Source: Polyangiaceae bacterium (GTDB lineage: Bacteria > Myxococcota_A > Polyangia > Polyangiales > Polyangiaceae). From it: 64,000 nt of DNA. The first letter of the stretch is position 1. Each line of letters starts with the position of its first letter. The notes under the pieces were generated by a model that saw only the letters and a program-made list of their open reading frames with translations, was not told where the DNA came from and searched no databases. The DNA lies in the NCBI GenBank assembly GCA_050287085.1, contig JBNKBE010000009.1:32001-96000 (forward strand), written 5' to 3'. The position numbers were made by a program, and so were the translations under genes. Of this stretch, positions 27,845-37,726 are shown in pieces.

Positions 27845-28534
27845 CTAGACCTCCGGGGAACCGACAAAACGATAGCCAACGCCACGCACTGTCTCGATGT
27901 AGCGGCGGGCGCTCCGAAGCTTCTCGCGCAGTCGCTTGACGTGAGTATCGACCGTTCGGGTCGTCACATCGGCGGTCACGCCCCAGACGGAGTCCAGGAG
28001 TGCGCTGCGCGACTGCACCCGGTCGCGCCGCTCATACAAGAGCGTCAGCAGCTTGAACTCCAAAGCCGAGAGCTCGACCTCTTCCCCCGCGACCCAAGCG
28101 CGATGAGCGTCCGGATCGACGCGCAGCTCGCCAAAAACGAACTCAGCGCCCTCTGCTCGCGCGCCCGAGTGGCGCCTCAGCACCAAGGAGACGCGCAGCA
28201 TCAGCTCCCGAACGCTAAAAGGCTTGGTGACATAGTCGTCCGCACCCATCTCCAAGCCGGCCACACGATCACGCTCCTCACCGCGGGCCGTGAGCATGAT
28301 GATGGGCACCGATTGCGTCTTCGCGTTGGCGCGCAACGCCCGACAGACTTCCGTCCCCAGAATGTCCGGAAGCATAAGATCAAGCAAAACGAGGTCTGGC
28401 ACCTGCTCTGCAGCCAATCGGATCGCTTCGCTCCCAGAGCCCGCCAGAACGGCGCTATGCCCCGCCTGCTCCAAGTTGAACATCAGGACCTGGCGTAGAT
28501 CCGGCTCATCTTCAACCACCAGTACCGAAGCCAT
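27845..28534 (-). CDS. OmpR/PhoB-family response regulator
   Basis: VLVVEDE, LLDLMLP, MLTARG, GADDYVTKPFS, RTVDTHVKRLREKL, TVRGVGY. Confidence 0.95.
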   Translation of the reverse strand: MASVLVVEDEPDLRQVLMFNLEQAGHSAVLAGSGSEAIRLAAEQVPDLVLLDLMLPDILGTEVCRALRANAKTQSVPIIMLTARGEERDRVAGLEMGADDYVTKPFSVRELMLRVSLVLRRHSGARAEGAEFVFGELRVDPDAHRAWVAGEEVELSALEFKLLTLLYERRDRVQSRSALLDSVWGVTADVTTRTVDTHVKRLREKLRSARRYIETVRGVGYRFVGSPEV

Positions 28535-28554
28535 TGCGCCGATTCTGTCACAGT

Positions 28555-28672
28555 ATCCTCCGCGCCCGAGTACAAAACCGCGCTTGAACCAGGCGCACGG
28601 TCGACCGTACCAAATCCTCCGCGCCCGAGTACAAAACCGCGCTTGAACCAGGCGCACGGTCGACCGTACCAA
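28555..28672. repeat. Perfect 59-bp tandem duplication (2 copies)
   Basis: ATCCTCCGCGCCCGAGTACAAAACCGCGCTTGAACCAGGCGCACGGTCGACCGTACCAA at 28555-28613 and 28614-28672. Confidence 0.95.
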
Positions 28673-28706
28673 GCTGGTTGATCCCGCCAGCGCGGCGCAA
28701 ACCGCT

Positions 28707-29408
28707 ATGCTCCGCCACGTGCATCCCGTCGTGCTCGCCCCTGGCCAACGCACCCCCTTCCCGGATCCCACTCGCTACGACGATGAAGGTCTTGTCGCGG
28801 TGGGCGGGGACCTCTCTCCCGAGCGCTTGATGGCCGCCTATCGCGCCGGGATCTTTCCCTGGTACAGCGACGGACACCCTCCGCTCTGGTGGTGTCCCAA
28901 CCCGCGCGCCGTCATCGACCCCAGCGCAGTGCACGTAGCCCGCAGCATGCGCCGGAGACTCCGAGATCGCACCCTGAGGATCACGTGGAACGCAGCATTT
29001 TCGCTTGTGGTCTCCGAATGTGCGTCGGAGCGGGACGATGGGACGTGGATTCTTCCCGAAGTGATGGCGGCCTACACGCAACTACACAAGCTGGGGCACG
29101 CGCATTCGATCGAGGTGTGGCGGGGCGAGGCGCTGATCGGCGGCCTCTACGGCGTTGGGATTGGCGCCATTTTCGCGGCTGAAAGCATGTTTCACAGAGA
29201 ACGGGACGGCTCCAAGGTAGCCCTATTGTATGCGGCGGCCAGTCTCTACGGTGCAGGTGTTCAGCTCATAGACGTACAGTTTCTCACACCTCACCTGAGC
29301 TCGCTGGGAGCCCATGAGATCGAACGCTCCGTCTACCTGCGTCGGTTGGCTGCGAGCAAAAACACGAATATTTCGCTCTTCGACATAGACCTCTTGGCCC
29401 CGGTATGA
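28707..29408 (+). CDS. aat: Leucyl/phenylalanyl-tRNA--protein transferase
   Basis: GLVAVGGDL, AYRAGIFPW, WWCPNPR, AHSIEVW, GGLYG, AESMF, SKVA. Confidence 0.96.
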   Translation: MLRHVHPVVLAPGQRTPFPDPTRYDDEGLVAVGGDLSPERLMAAYRAGIFPWYSDGHPPLWWCPNPRAVIDPSAVHVARSMRRRLRDRTLRITWNAAFSLVVSECASERDDGTWILPEVMAAYTQLHKLGHAHSIEVWRGEALIGGLYGVGIGAIFAAESMFHRERDGSKVALLYAAASLYGAGVQLIDVQFLTPHLSSLGAHEIERSVYLRRLAASKNTNISLFDIDLLAPV

Positions 29409-29503
29409 CATGACAGCAAAAAGGAAGGCATTGTTCCTCTAGAGCTGCAATCATCCAGCCAATCCGTGCTGCGGCTTCGACTTGGCTGGAAATCAGGACT
29501 CCG

Positions 29504-31447
29504 ATGAGCGCCCCCGAATCGCCCCCGCCCCTAGCTGATTATCAACGGCAAGCCCACGAGTTCATCAAGGCCGAACGGTGGAATGCGGCCTTGCAACTGC
29601 TCCGGCGAGCGATCGCACACTACCCAGACAGTGCGGACTTGTTCAGCGATCTAGCCGCTGCAGAACGTGCTTCGGGCAACTTGGATGCTGCGATCAAGTT
29701 CTCCCAGGAGGCGTTGAGGCTCGACCCCAAACTGGCCTTCGTCCACAACAACCTCGGCAGCGCGTTGGCCGAGAGAAACGACACGCGAGAAGCCATCGAT
29801 TGCTTTCATCGTGCCTTGGTCTTGCAGCCCCGTTATCCGGCTGCGATCAACAATCTGGCCGCGGCTTTGATCAAGGAGTCGCGCCTTGATGAGGCGCGTA
29901 AAATGCTGGAACGATTGTTCGCGATCACACGTGACCATGTCCCGGCGTTCGAAACCCTCGCCGCGCTGAATGAGCGCCAGGGCAATACCCAAGAAGCGCT
30001 CAAGCACTACAGCTCGCTCGCACAGCATCACCTCAAGGAGAACAAGCCGCTGGACGCATTGCGTGCCATGGACGCCTGCCAGCGCCTCGGACTGCGAACG
30101 GCTGGACTCCAAACCAACCGCAGTGCCGCGTTGCTCCAACTGGGCCGCCCTGCGGAAGCCAAGACGGCGGCCCAGCTGGCGCTGCAAATCGATCCCAACC
30201 ATGCCAACGCGCACGTGAACCTAGCGGCGTCATTCGTGGCCATGGGGGACAACCGTTCCGCTATCCCTTGCCTGAAGCGAGCCACCGACCTAGCCCCCAA
30301 CCTGGCGGCAGCTTTTGTACGGCTGGGAAACGCCTATGCAGAGTTGGGCGAGTTCTCAGAAGCTCGACGGGCGCAGGAACGAGCACTTGAGCTCGCTCCC
30401 GATGCCCCGCAAGCGTTGGTCGGCCTCGCCGCCGCCCTGAAGGCAGAGGGTCACGACGGCGAGGCCATGAATCTCTTTCGCAAGGCATTGGGCTTGGCCC
30501 CCAACTTTGCCGATGCGCACACTCGCTATGGCAACCTGCTGCTGCAGCACGGAGATGTCCGAGAGGGCTTCAAGGAAAGAGAGTGGCGACGCTTCGACCC
30601 GCCGCTGTCCAATCAGTTGATGCGTTATGCTGGCACGCCCTACGGCGGAGAGTCGCTGGAAGGCAAGCGGCTCGTCGTCTGTGCCGAAGGCGACGACAGC
30701 GCTGTAATCCAATTTGTGCGCTTCCTACCGGCCTTGAAGGCCGCGGGCGCGGAGATCACCCTCGACTGCTCGTTGTCGCTGTTTTCTTTGCTCCGCGGAC
30801 AATCGTTCATCGATCACCTGGTGTCATCAGCTGATACGGATGCTCCGGGTGACTTCTTCGTGCCGCTTCTCAGCCTCCCGTATTATGCAGAGTCGACGCT
30901 CGATACACTGCCGAGCAAGGTACCGTATCTCGAACTGCCCCAAACCCCGCACCTTCCGGCGGAACTCCAGGCAGGACAGCCCAAAATCGGGCTGATCTGG
31001 ACCCGCAATACGTCCAACGGAACCGATGCACGCAGCTCACTCACATTGGGTCAGCTCGACGTTCTTGGAACCCAAGGCGGCTGCACTTGGTACTCGCTAC
31101 AGGTCGGGGCAGGTAGAGAACAGATCACGACCGCTCCGAGGTTGATGCCTCAGGACTTGGCCCCCTACCTGGCCGATCTGGCCGACGCGGCCACCGTGTT
31201 GTCTCAGTTGGATCTGTTGATAACGGTCGACACAACTCTGGCGCACCTCGCGGGGGCATTGGGAGTTCCTACCTGGGTGCTCCTGCCGAAGAACGCATCG
31301 TGGACGTGGTTTCGAGGGCGGGAGGACAGTCCTTGGTATCCACACACGCGCCTATTTCGCCAGCAAGAGTCTGGCAACTGGGCACCCGTGATCGCCAATC
31401 TGTCTAGCGCCCTCGGCGACTGGCTGTCACAGCGCGCGGCACCGTAG
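29504..31447 (+). CDS. TPR-repeat protein with C-terminal GT-B (GT9-like) glycosyltransferase domain
   Basis: About 10 TPRs (HNNLG, NNLA, HVNLA); IQFVRFLP, PLLSLP, LDLLITVDTTLAHLAGALG, SPWYP..RLFRQ. Confidence 0.9.
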   Translation: MSAPESPPPLADYQRQAHEFIKAERWNAALQLLRRAIAHYPDSADLFSDLAAAERASGNLDAAIKFSQEALRLDPKLAFVHNNLGSALAERNDTREAIDCFHRALVLQPRYPAAINNLAAALIKESRLDEARKMLERLFAITRDHVPAFETLAALNERQGNTQEALKHYSSLAQHHLKENKPLDALRAMDACQRLGLRTAGLQTNRSAALLQLGRPAEAKTAAQLALQIDPNHANAHVNLAASFVAMGDNRSAIPCLKRATDLAPNLAAAFVRLGNAYAELGEFSEARRAQERALELAPDAPQALVGLAAALKAEGHDGEAMNLFRKALGLAPNFADAHTRYGNLLLQHGDVREGFKEREWRRFDPPLSNQLMRYAGTPYGGESLEGKRLVVCAEGDDSAVIQFVRFLPALKAAGAEITLDCSLSLFSLLRGQSFIDHLVSSADTDAPGDFFVPLLSLPYYAESTLDTLPSKVPYLELPQTPHLPAELQAGQPKIGLIWTRNTSNGTDARSSLTLGQLDVLGTQGGCTWYSLQVGAGREQITTAPRLMPQDLAPYLADLADAATVLSQLDLLITVDTTLAHLAGALGVPTWVLLPKNASWTWFRGREDSPWYPHTRLFRQQESGNWAPVIANLSSALGDWLSQRAAP

Positions 31448-31460
31448 TCGCAAGCAATCA

Positions 31461-31545
31461 CAGCGCTGCCTCGTGCGCAGCGCTGCCTCGTGCGCAGCCC
31501 TGCCTCGTGCGCAGCCCTGCCTCGTGCGCAGCCCTGCCTCGTACA
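31461..31545. repeat. 17-bp tandem repeat, 5 copies
   Basis: CAGCGCTGCCTCGTGCG x2, CAGCCCTGCCTCGTGCG x2, CAGCCCTGCCTCGTACA. Confidence 0.95.
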
Positions 31546-31961
31546 CAGCGCAGTACTGCGACGGCGTTGGCCTACCCGCGCCCCGCCCCAAAACGCAACG
31601 GTGGCTCCGCCAATACGGAATGCTGTCCTGGGCGCCGACGCTCGTCAGGTGCTGACAACGACTATGTAGACACCGTGGCTCCAAAGTAGGCGTCTGCCTG
31701 GCCACGTTGTGAACGTGTCCAAGACGCGGCGCAATAGCCCGCGAGCCCGCGCCTATTGCACCGCGCCGGTCCGGGCCAAGACCTCAACCCGACACGCGCG
31801 CACACGCCCTCACCAACTTGGGTACCGAAGAATTTTCCGTTTAGGAGAAGGGAGCGGCAGACGTTCCGGTGTGCAGAACAAGCTGAAGGAGGCGCGCGTT
31901 GTGCCGACTACGGCGCAACACTCCCGAACACTCAACGCACGGACAAGGGGTTAACAGAAAA

Positions 31962-34900
31962 ATGATACGCACGAAGTACTTCAAGATTGGTAGCCTGGCG
32001 CTCGCGTTGGTCGGCCTCACTAGCTGCGCACCCGACGAAGCGGAACTGGACGCCGCTCAAGAGGGCAACGTCGACCCCATTCTCGGTGTAGTGCTCGATG
32101 GCCTGGGCGAGACGGTCGCCAGTTGCAACGATGGTACCGGCAAGTCGACCGTCGCAAACTACGATACCAGAACCTTCACCTTGACGCTTACTGGCGGCTC
32201 CAGCGTGATCAGCGTCGTTGGCGGCGCGATCAGCGTGAACGGCTGGGCCTGCTACGACAACAGCGCCACCCCAGTTGCTCTGACCACGTCCAATGTCGAC
32301 AAGATGAACATCATCACCGACACGTCCAGCACGGACAAAGTAGTGATCGACATGCTTCCCGGCGCGTTTGGGACACTGTTCACCAATAAGGGTGGTGTCA
32401 CAATCAACATGAAGAACGCCGGCGACACCTTCGCTCTTCGCGGCAGCGACGCGGCAAACAACATGAAGATCGGCGAGTACGACGACGGTACAAACAAGAC
32501 GCTCTACGTTGAAGCCTCCGGTGACAAGTACGCCGACATCAAGATCTTCAAAGATAGCGCCAGCACACCGGACACCAACCCCTACACCTTCTTACTGGCA
32601 GGTGGAAAGGATACGTTCACCGGTGTCCCCTCAAATATCGAAGCCAAACACATTGACGCAGTAGTCACTGCACTGGACCCAGTGAGCGCAACCTACGAGC
32701 TCCACGTCTACGGCGGCGCGGATGACGATACGCTTCAGGGTGGCTTGGGCAACGACGACTTGTACGGTGGCCCCGGCAACGACACCTTCAACTCGGCTGC
32801 GACCGCCGACGGCGCCGACAACTACTACGGCGGTGCCGATTCGGACACGGTGAGCTACGCCCTTCGCACTGGCAACGTGACCGCGGACATCAACCCCGGC
32901 GTCGCGACGCTCGAGGGTGCTGTCAACATCTTCACCCATACCAGCATGGCCACCACTGCGGAGAACCTGACGCTGGACTGCAACGGAAGCGGCGACGTTA
33001 CGGCTTCCTTTGACTACTCAGATCCGCGCACCGCCATCACCACCATCAACGGTGGAAGCCACGGCTGTACCGTCTTCGCGAACCCCCTGGGCTTCCTCGT
33101 GGTTAAGGCAACCGATCCCGCAGAGGACATCGTCAACGTTGCGGGTGCCGCCGCCACGACCCTGGGCTTCACCGCCACGGCGAAGACCGCCACCACCACG
33201 ACCGACGCCGATGACGGTGAAGCGAGCGAGACAGACGATATCAGCAGCGATGTCGAAAATATCACCGGAGGCGCCGGTGACGACGTGCTGATCGGAAGCA
33301 AGTCGACCAACGTGCTCAGCGGTGGTGACGGAGCGGACACCATCAGCGGCGGACTGGGTGCGTCCGTCTGCGATGCAAGCGACACCGACACCCTCAATGG
33401 CGACGCAGGCGATGACGTCTTCATGATGGGCTCTGGTGTCGATTGCTCCGACATCGTAAACGGTGGCCTGGGCAAAGACCGAGTCGACTACCAATACCGC
33501 AACCAAATCTTGACGATTTCTCTCGGCAACGTGGCTGACGATGGGGAGGCTCTGGAGAAAGATAACATCAAGAGCGACGTCGAGGTCATCTACGGCGGCT
33601 CCAACAACGACAAGATCACCGGTGGTACGGGAGATGAAGAGCTATACGGCGGCTCCGGCAACGACGAACTCCTGGGAGGAGGAGGCGCTGACATTCTGGC
33701 TGGCATGGCGGGCAACGACGTTCTGAATGGCGACGCCGGTGACGACACGTTCAAGGCCGAGGGCAATGCACCCGCTACCATTCTTGCTGTCGATGTCACG
33801 GCCGCGGCCAACAACATGGGCGCCGGAAACGACGTCATGAACGGCGGCGATGGCTCGGATAAGGTGACCTATGCGGGTCGCACTGCGGCGCTCGGGATAA
33901 CCCTTTGCGTCGACACAGTGAACAAGCAGGGCGCTTCCAGCAGCGCAACGCATGCGCAATGTGGTGATGCCGACGGCACCATGGCAGGTGTTACCCTGGA
34001 AGGTAGTATCGACGTCAGCAGCGGCATCAACCTCGCCGGTGAGACGATCGACGTAGTCTTCAAGAGCGTCACCTATACGACTGCAGCGCTCACGGGAACT
34101 CCTGTGGCCGCAAGTGCGATTGCCACCGCCCTAGAGAATGCCGTCGACGGCTCGAGCAATAAGCTCATCACGGCTCTGGGCACTGGCGCCACCATCGCCG
34201 CCAACGCCGACAACCACATGCAGATCGCCTCGGGACTACTCCCGGGCGCTTTGACCCTCAGTGTTTCTGGAGCTGGCGCAGATCTGGTCTTCGGGACCAG
34301 TACCGCGGCGACCACCGCTAGCAACGCATACACGGACCCGGCTTCGGTGGTCACCGACGACCTAACGTCTTTCCCGGCGGTGGGCGTCAAGACACTAACA
34401 GTCGACGTAAACGGAACAACGTACACCGCCGATCTCAGCAGCACAACCGATGCCGCCTCTCTCAAGACGGCAATCGAAGGCGCTACCGATGGCTCGACCA
34501 CTCTTGCCACACTCGGCTTCACCGTAGCCAATGCTTCGAACGTCCTGACTGTGAAGGCACCGGTTGACCGAAACGCGCTTTGGGACTTCACCTTCGGCGG
34601 AACCTATGCAGCTGACATCTTCTCGGGGGCGGTGACCGGCGACAACCGCTCCACCTTGGAGACCGACTCCGTCATCAACATCGAATGGGTCACGGCAGGT
34701 GATGGAGATGACACGGTAACGGGTCACACCGCAGCCGAAACCCTCGAAGGTGGAGCTGGTGCCGATACGCTTAGCGGCGGCGACGGCGACGATACCCTAT
34801 TCGGCGACGGCGGTGCCGACACACTCATCGGCGGCGCAGATGACGACGTGCTCAACGGCGGTGGCGGCGACGATGACTTCGACGCTGGAGCTGGAGACGG

Positions 34901-34970
34901 AGACATTTGCAGCCTGGATGCCACCGACACGCAGGACGCAAATAGCCCGCTTGCCTGCGAAATCCAATAA
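31962..34970 (+). CDS. RTX (hemolysin-type Ca-binding) repeat surface lipoprotein
   Basis: MIRTKYFK...LVGLTSC lipobox; many GGxGxDxL nonapeptides; T/A/D/G-rich. Confidence 0.9.
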   Translation: MIRTKYFKIGSLALALVGLTSCAPDEAELDAAQEGNVDPILGVVLDGLGETVASCNDGTGKSTVANYDTRTFTLTLTGGSSVISVVGGAISVNGWACYDNSATPVALTTSNVDKMNIITDTSSTDKVVIDMLPGAFGTLFTNKGGVTINMKNAGDTFALRGSDAANNMKIGEYDDGTNKTLYVEASGDKYADIKIFKDSASTPDTNPYTFLLAGGKDTFTGVPSNIEAKHIDAVVTALDPVSATYELHVYGGADDDTLQGGLGNDDLYGGPGNDTFNSAATADGADNYYGGADSDTVSYALRTGNVTADINPGVATLEGAVNIFTHTSMATTAENLTLDCNGSGDVTASFDYSDPRTAITTINGGSHGCTVFANPLGFLVVKATDPAEDIVNVAGAAATTLGFTATAKTATTTTDADDGEASETDDISSDVENITGGAGDDVLIGSKSTNVLSGGDGADTISGGLGASVCDASDTDTLNGDAGDDVFMMGSGVDCSDIVNGGLGKDRVDYQYRNQILTISLGNVADDGEALEKDNIKSDVEVIYGGSNNDKITGGTGDEELYGGSGNDELLGGGGADILAGMAGNDVLNGDAGDDTFKAEGNAPATILAVDVTAAANNMGAGNDVMNGGDGSDKVTYAGRTAALGITLCVDTVNKQGASSSATHAQCGDADGTMAGVTLEGSIDVSSGINLAGETIDVVFKSVTYTTAALTGTPVAASAIATALENAVDGSSNKLITALGTGATIAANADNHMQIASGLLPGALTLSVSGAGADLVFGTSTAATTASNAYTDPASVVTDDLTSFPAVGVKTLTVDVNGTTYTADLSSTTDAASLKTAIEGATDGSTTLATLGFTVANASNVLTVKAPVDRNALWDFTFGGTYAADIFSGAVTGDNRSTLETDSVINIEWVTAGDGDDTVTGHTAAETLEGGAGADTLSGGDGDDTLFGDGGADTLIGGADDDVLNGGGGDDDFDAGAGDGDICSLDATDTQDANSPLACEIQ

Positions 34971-34992
34971 CCGAGAAACACTTCTCTAGCGC

Positions 34993-35030
34993 GAGACGGT
35001 CGGCAACTTCGCCGGCCGTCTCCTTTTTGT
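34993..35030 (+). terminator. Rho-independent terminator
   Basis: GAGACGGTCGGC-AACTTC-GCCGGCCGTCTC followed by CTTTTTGT. Confidence 0.85.
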
Positions 35031-35045
35031 GTTTCTCCTAGCGCC

Positions 35046-37037
35046 TCAGTCCTTCCGCTTCGACTTTGCGCTGGACTTCCGCTGCGGCGCGTGGCGACGA
35101 CTGCGGGCGCGCTTCAGTCGCTTGCGCTCCCGAGGCGAGTAGTGCGTGGAATAGACGGCGTACCGACCGCCGAGCTCGCGTACGAGTTTGAGGCTGCCGG
35201 ACCTGATCTCGCCTTCGATAGCACGCTTCTCATCACCGCTACCGCGCTGCCACAACAGGAAGTCTGCGTCGTAGCGGCGTTCACGCAATAGAATGCTTGG
35301 GCAGCGGCCAAGATGGGGAAGCAAAGTGCTTCCGGCGGCTACCACCTGGTCTGAAGACACGCTCCGGCAAAACTCGTCCAAACGCGCGGAGGCCGCTCGT
35401 TTGGACGAGGAGGGTGAACGCTTCAAAGCTCGGAACCCAGCTTTGAACGTGCGATTGGGAACAAGTCCACCGAACTTGGCCGAAGCCACAGACGAGGTCA
35501 CCACCATGGCCGCCAACAGTGCTGGCACCAGAGCACGCCCTGATACCGAGCCCCAACGCAGCGTCTTCAAACGCCCAAGTCCGCCCGCGGTCAGCGCGAA
35601 TACAAAGGGGATAAGCAGCGACGTGTAGTGAAAATGGACGGTCGGCACAAACTCACGCGTTGCTAGCAAACAGAACAGCAACCCATAAACCAGCTGCAAA
35701 CGGCCCGAACGTGCCACGAGAGGCACGAACAGAACAGGCATTGCAAGGAGCAATAGGAATAGGGTCTTCTGCTCAGTCAGCGCGGTTGTTAGCAACACTT
35801 CTGGATTCGTGAAGACCGAGGTGATTAGCTCGGCCGTGCCCCCGCCTTTCGGGACCAAGCTAGAGTAGTAGTAGGCGTAGCCGGTCCCCTTCCCGGGACG
35901 CAACGGATCGGCGCCTTCCATCAGCGCTACCTTGACGAGAACGAAGTAGCCGAGCGCCAGCGACATCGTCAGTGCGCCTCTTGTCGCCGACCCCGGTCGC
36001 TTCGACATGAACACCGAAGCCCCAACTGCGATGGCTAGGAGCGCCACGTCCTCCCGCGTCAGCAGCATCAAAGCGAATATGACCCAGTACAAGCGCTTTC
36101 GGTCCCGCTCAAACGCCCACAGCCACCACAGGGCAATCGGGATCATCAGCGTTAGCGAGTGAAAGTCGTAGAGGTTCGCGCCGTGAAGGGCTGGGTAGAC
36201 GCAAAACAAGGCCGCAAGAACAACGCCTTCCCAGGACCTGAGGCCGTAGTGCAAGCACAACAGACACAGCGGAACCAAACTGCTCGCGAGCCACGCGGAC
36301 TGCAACACCAGCAGCGTCTCGGCTTTTGGATAAAGCAGATAGAGAGGCGACAGCAGCACGAGCAGAGGGTCGAAATGCCCGCTCAGGTGATTGCCACCGC
36401 CACATAAGCTGCAGCCGAGCCAGTCCCCCAAACTCGACCGGCGAAAGATGCTCACGTAGAAGCCGAGATCTGCGCGCCGCGTGTTGAAGCTCAGATGATT
36501 GCCAATGGCAAGCCAAGATAGTAGCGTCGCATAGGCCGCCCCAAGTAGTCCGATGCCCAGCCACGCGGCAGGATGGACGCTAGAGCGCTGGGACTCAGGA
36601 GGTGCCCCTTCAGTTCTTGCTTGCGCAAGGCGCCACGTCGTTGCCGCTACGGGAACGGCTGATGCGAGCCCGAGCGCCAGCACGCGAAATGCGTGCTTGT
36701 CCTCATTTTCCGCGAAAGCAGCTATCAATAGCGGTACGGACAGTCCCCACCCGAGGCGCCATCCAAGCCAGCGACTGGTGTCGAACCAAGCCAGGGTCGG
36801 ATCACGGGAGCCGCGACGGCGATGCACAGCGCAGAACCCCGCGACGGTGCTCAAGAAGGCAGCCAACACCAAGAGGATGCCGCCGTAGCGCGGGTGTAAG
36901 CTCGCTCCTAGATTGGGAAACAACTCGGAGGCGGTGGCCGCCAGGGCCCAACCAAAGCCCAATGGAATGACGTAGGCCGCGTAGCCAGCCTCAGCAAGTC
37001 GTGTGAGGGCTCGCTCAACGCGGGCCGCGGGTTTCAT
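35046..37037 (-). CDS. DUF2079-like polytopic membrane protein
   Basis: DLGFY, HLSGHFDPLL, PKAETLLVLQ, YDFH, TREDVAL, HFHYT; many TM helices; ATGA overlap with lolA. Confidence 0.75.
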   Translation of the reverse strand: MKPAARVERALTRLAEAGYAAYVIPLGFGWALAATASELFPNLGASLHPRYGGILLVLAAFLSTVAGFCAVHRRRGSRDPTLAWFDTSRWLGWRLGWGLSVPLLIAAFAENEDKHAFRVLALGLASAVPVAATTWRLAQARTEGAPPESQRSSVHPAAWLGIGLLGAAYATLLSWLAIGNHLSFNTRRADLGFYVSIFRRSSLGDWLGCSLCGGGNHLSGHFDPLLVLLSPLYLLYPKAETLLVLQSAWLASSLVPLCLLCLHYGLRSWEGVVLAALFCVYPALHGANLYDFHSLTLMIPIALWWLWAFERDRKRLYWVIFALMLLTREDVALLAIAVGASVFMSKRPGSATRGALTMSLALGYFVLVKVALMEGADPLRPGKGTGYAYYYSSLVPKGGGTAELITSVFTNPEVLLTTALTEQKTLFLLLLAMPVLFVPLVARSGRLQLVYGLLFCLLATREFVPTVHFHYTSLLIPFVFALTAGGLGRLKTLRWGSVSGRALVPALLAAMVVTSSVASAKFGGLVPNRTFKAGFRALKRSPSSSKRAASARLDEFCRSVSSDQVVAAGSTLLPHLGRCPSILLRERRYDADFLLWQRGSGDEKRAIEGEIRSGSLKLVRELGGRYAVYSTHYSPRERKRLKRARSRRHAPQRKSSAKSKRKD

Positions 37038-37726
37038 GGCTTGATAATACGTGTTCCGACCGGCGGCGTGTATGCGAATAGCTTCGCATCAACCGGCTGG
37101 TTCACGACCGGCGACACGAAGTCAAAGCGATTCCGGTTCTTCTGGGCGTCGAGCAGCAAAACGCGTCGAACCTGAAAGGTCTCAGCGTCCACATAGAACA
37201 ATATCTTCTGATAGGCAGGAGTTGGACTCTTGGGAGTGCCGAGCAACACATACCCGCTCGGAAACTTCAGCTTGGCCGAGTCCAACTTCTGCAGATCAAA
37301 CGACTCCGCCAAGCGGCCTTCGCCGACCAAGAAGCTCAGTGCCGCGGGGTACTGCGTCTTGTCTACGGTCTGCAGATACATCTGCTGATTCTCTTGCTCG
37401 TACACCTTGAGCTTTGCGCCGTCAGAGACCACGACGTTGCCATTGTTGGTGTACGTCCACCGCATCTTGCCCGGCTTCTGAAAGACAACCTCGCCGCTGC
37501 TATCCTTCGTCTTGTTGTAGGCGTAGATGGTGTAGCGCTGCTTGAACTGAGCCTTGTACGTCTTGGCCGTGTCGTAGAAGCGCTGCACTCGCAGCGCTAT
37601 CTCCGCGGCGGGAATGGCTCCTTGAGCACTAGCCACTGGCTGCGGCTCTGTCGTGGGGGCTGCTGCAACGCGCCACGCAGCGGCAAGAGTGGCGACAACG
37701 ACGGCAATGCTGAACGGACGGATCAT
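37034..37726 (-). CDS. lolA: Outer-membrane lipoprotein carrier LolA
   Basis: Signal peptide; AQFKQ, FQKPGKMRWTY, VVSDG, FAYTPPVGT. Confidence 0.88.
   Translation of the reverse strand: MIRPFSIAVVVATLAAAWRVAAAPTTEPQPVASAQGAIPAAEIALRVQRFYDTAKTYKAQFKQRYTIYAYNKTKDSSGEVVFQKPGKMRWTYTNNGNVVVSDGAKLKVYEQENQQMYLQTVDKTQYPAALSFLVGEGRLAESFDLQKLDSAKLKFPSGYVLLGTPKSPTPAYQKILFYVDAETFQVRRVLLLDAQKNRNRFDFVSPVVNQPVDAKLFAYTPPVGTRIIKP

Noticed and set aside
26677..27939. 420-aa plus-strand ORF
   Set aside because: Antisense shadow of the carboxylase; typical of high-GC DNA, no motifs
31461..31545. 17-bp repeats as a CRISPR array
   Set aside because: Units are contiguous with no unique spacers, too short, and no cas genes are present
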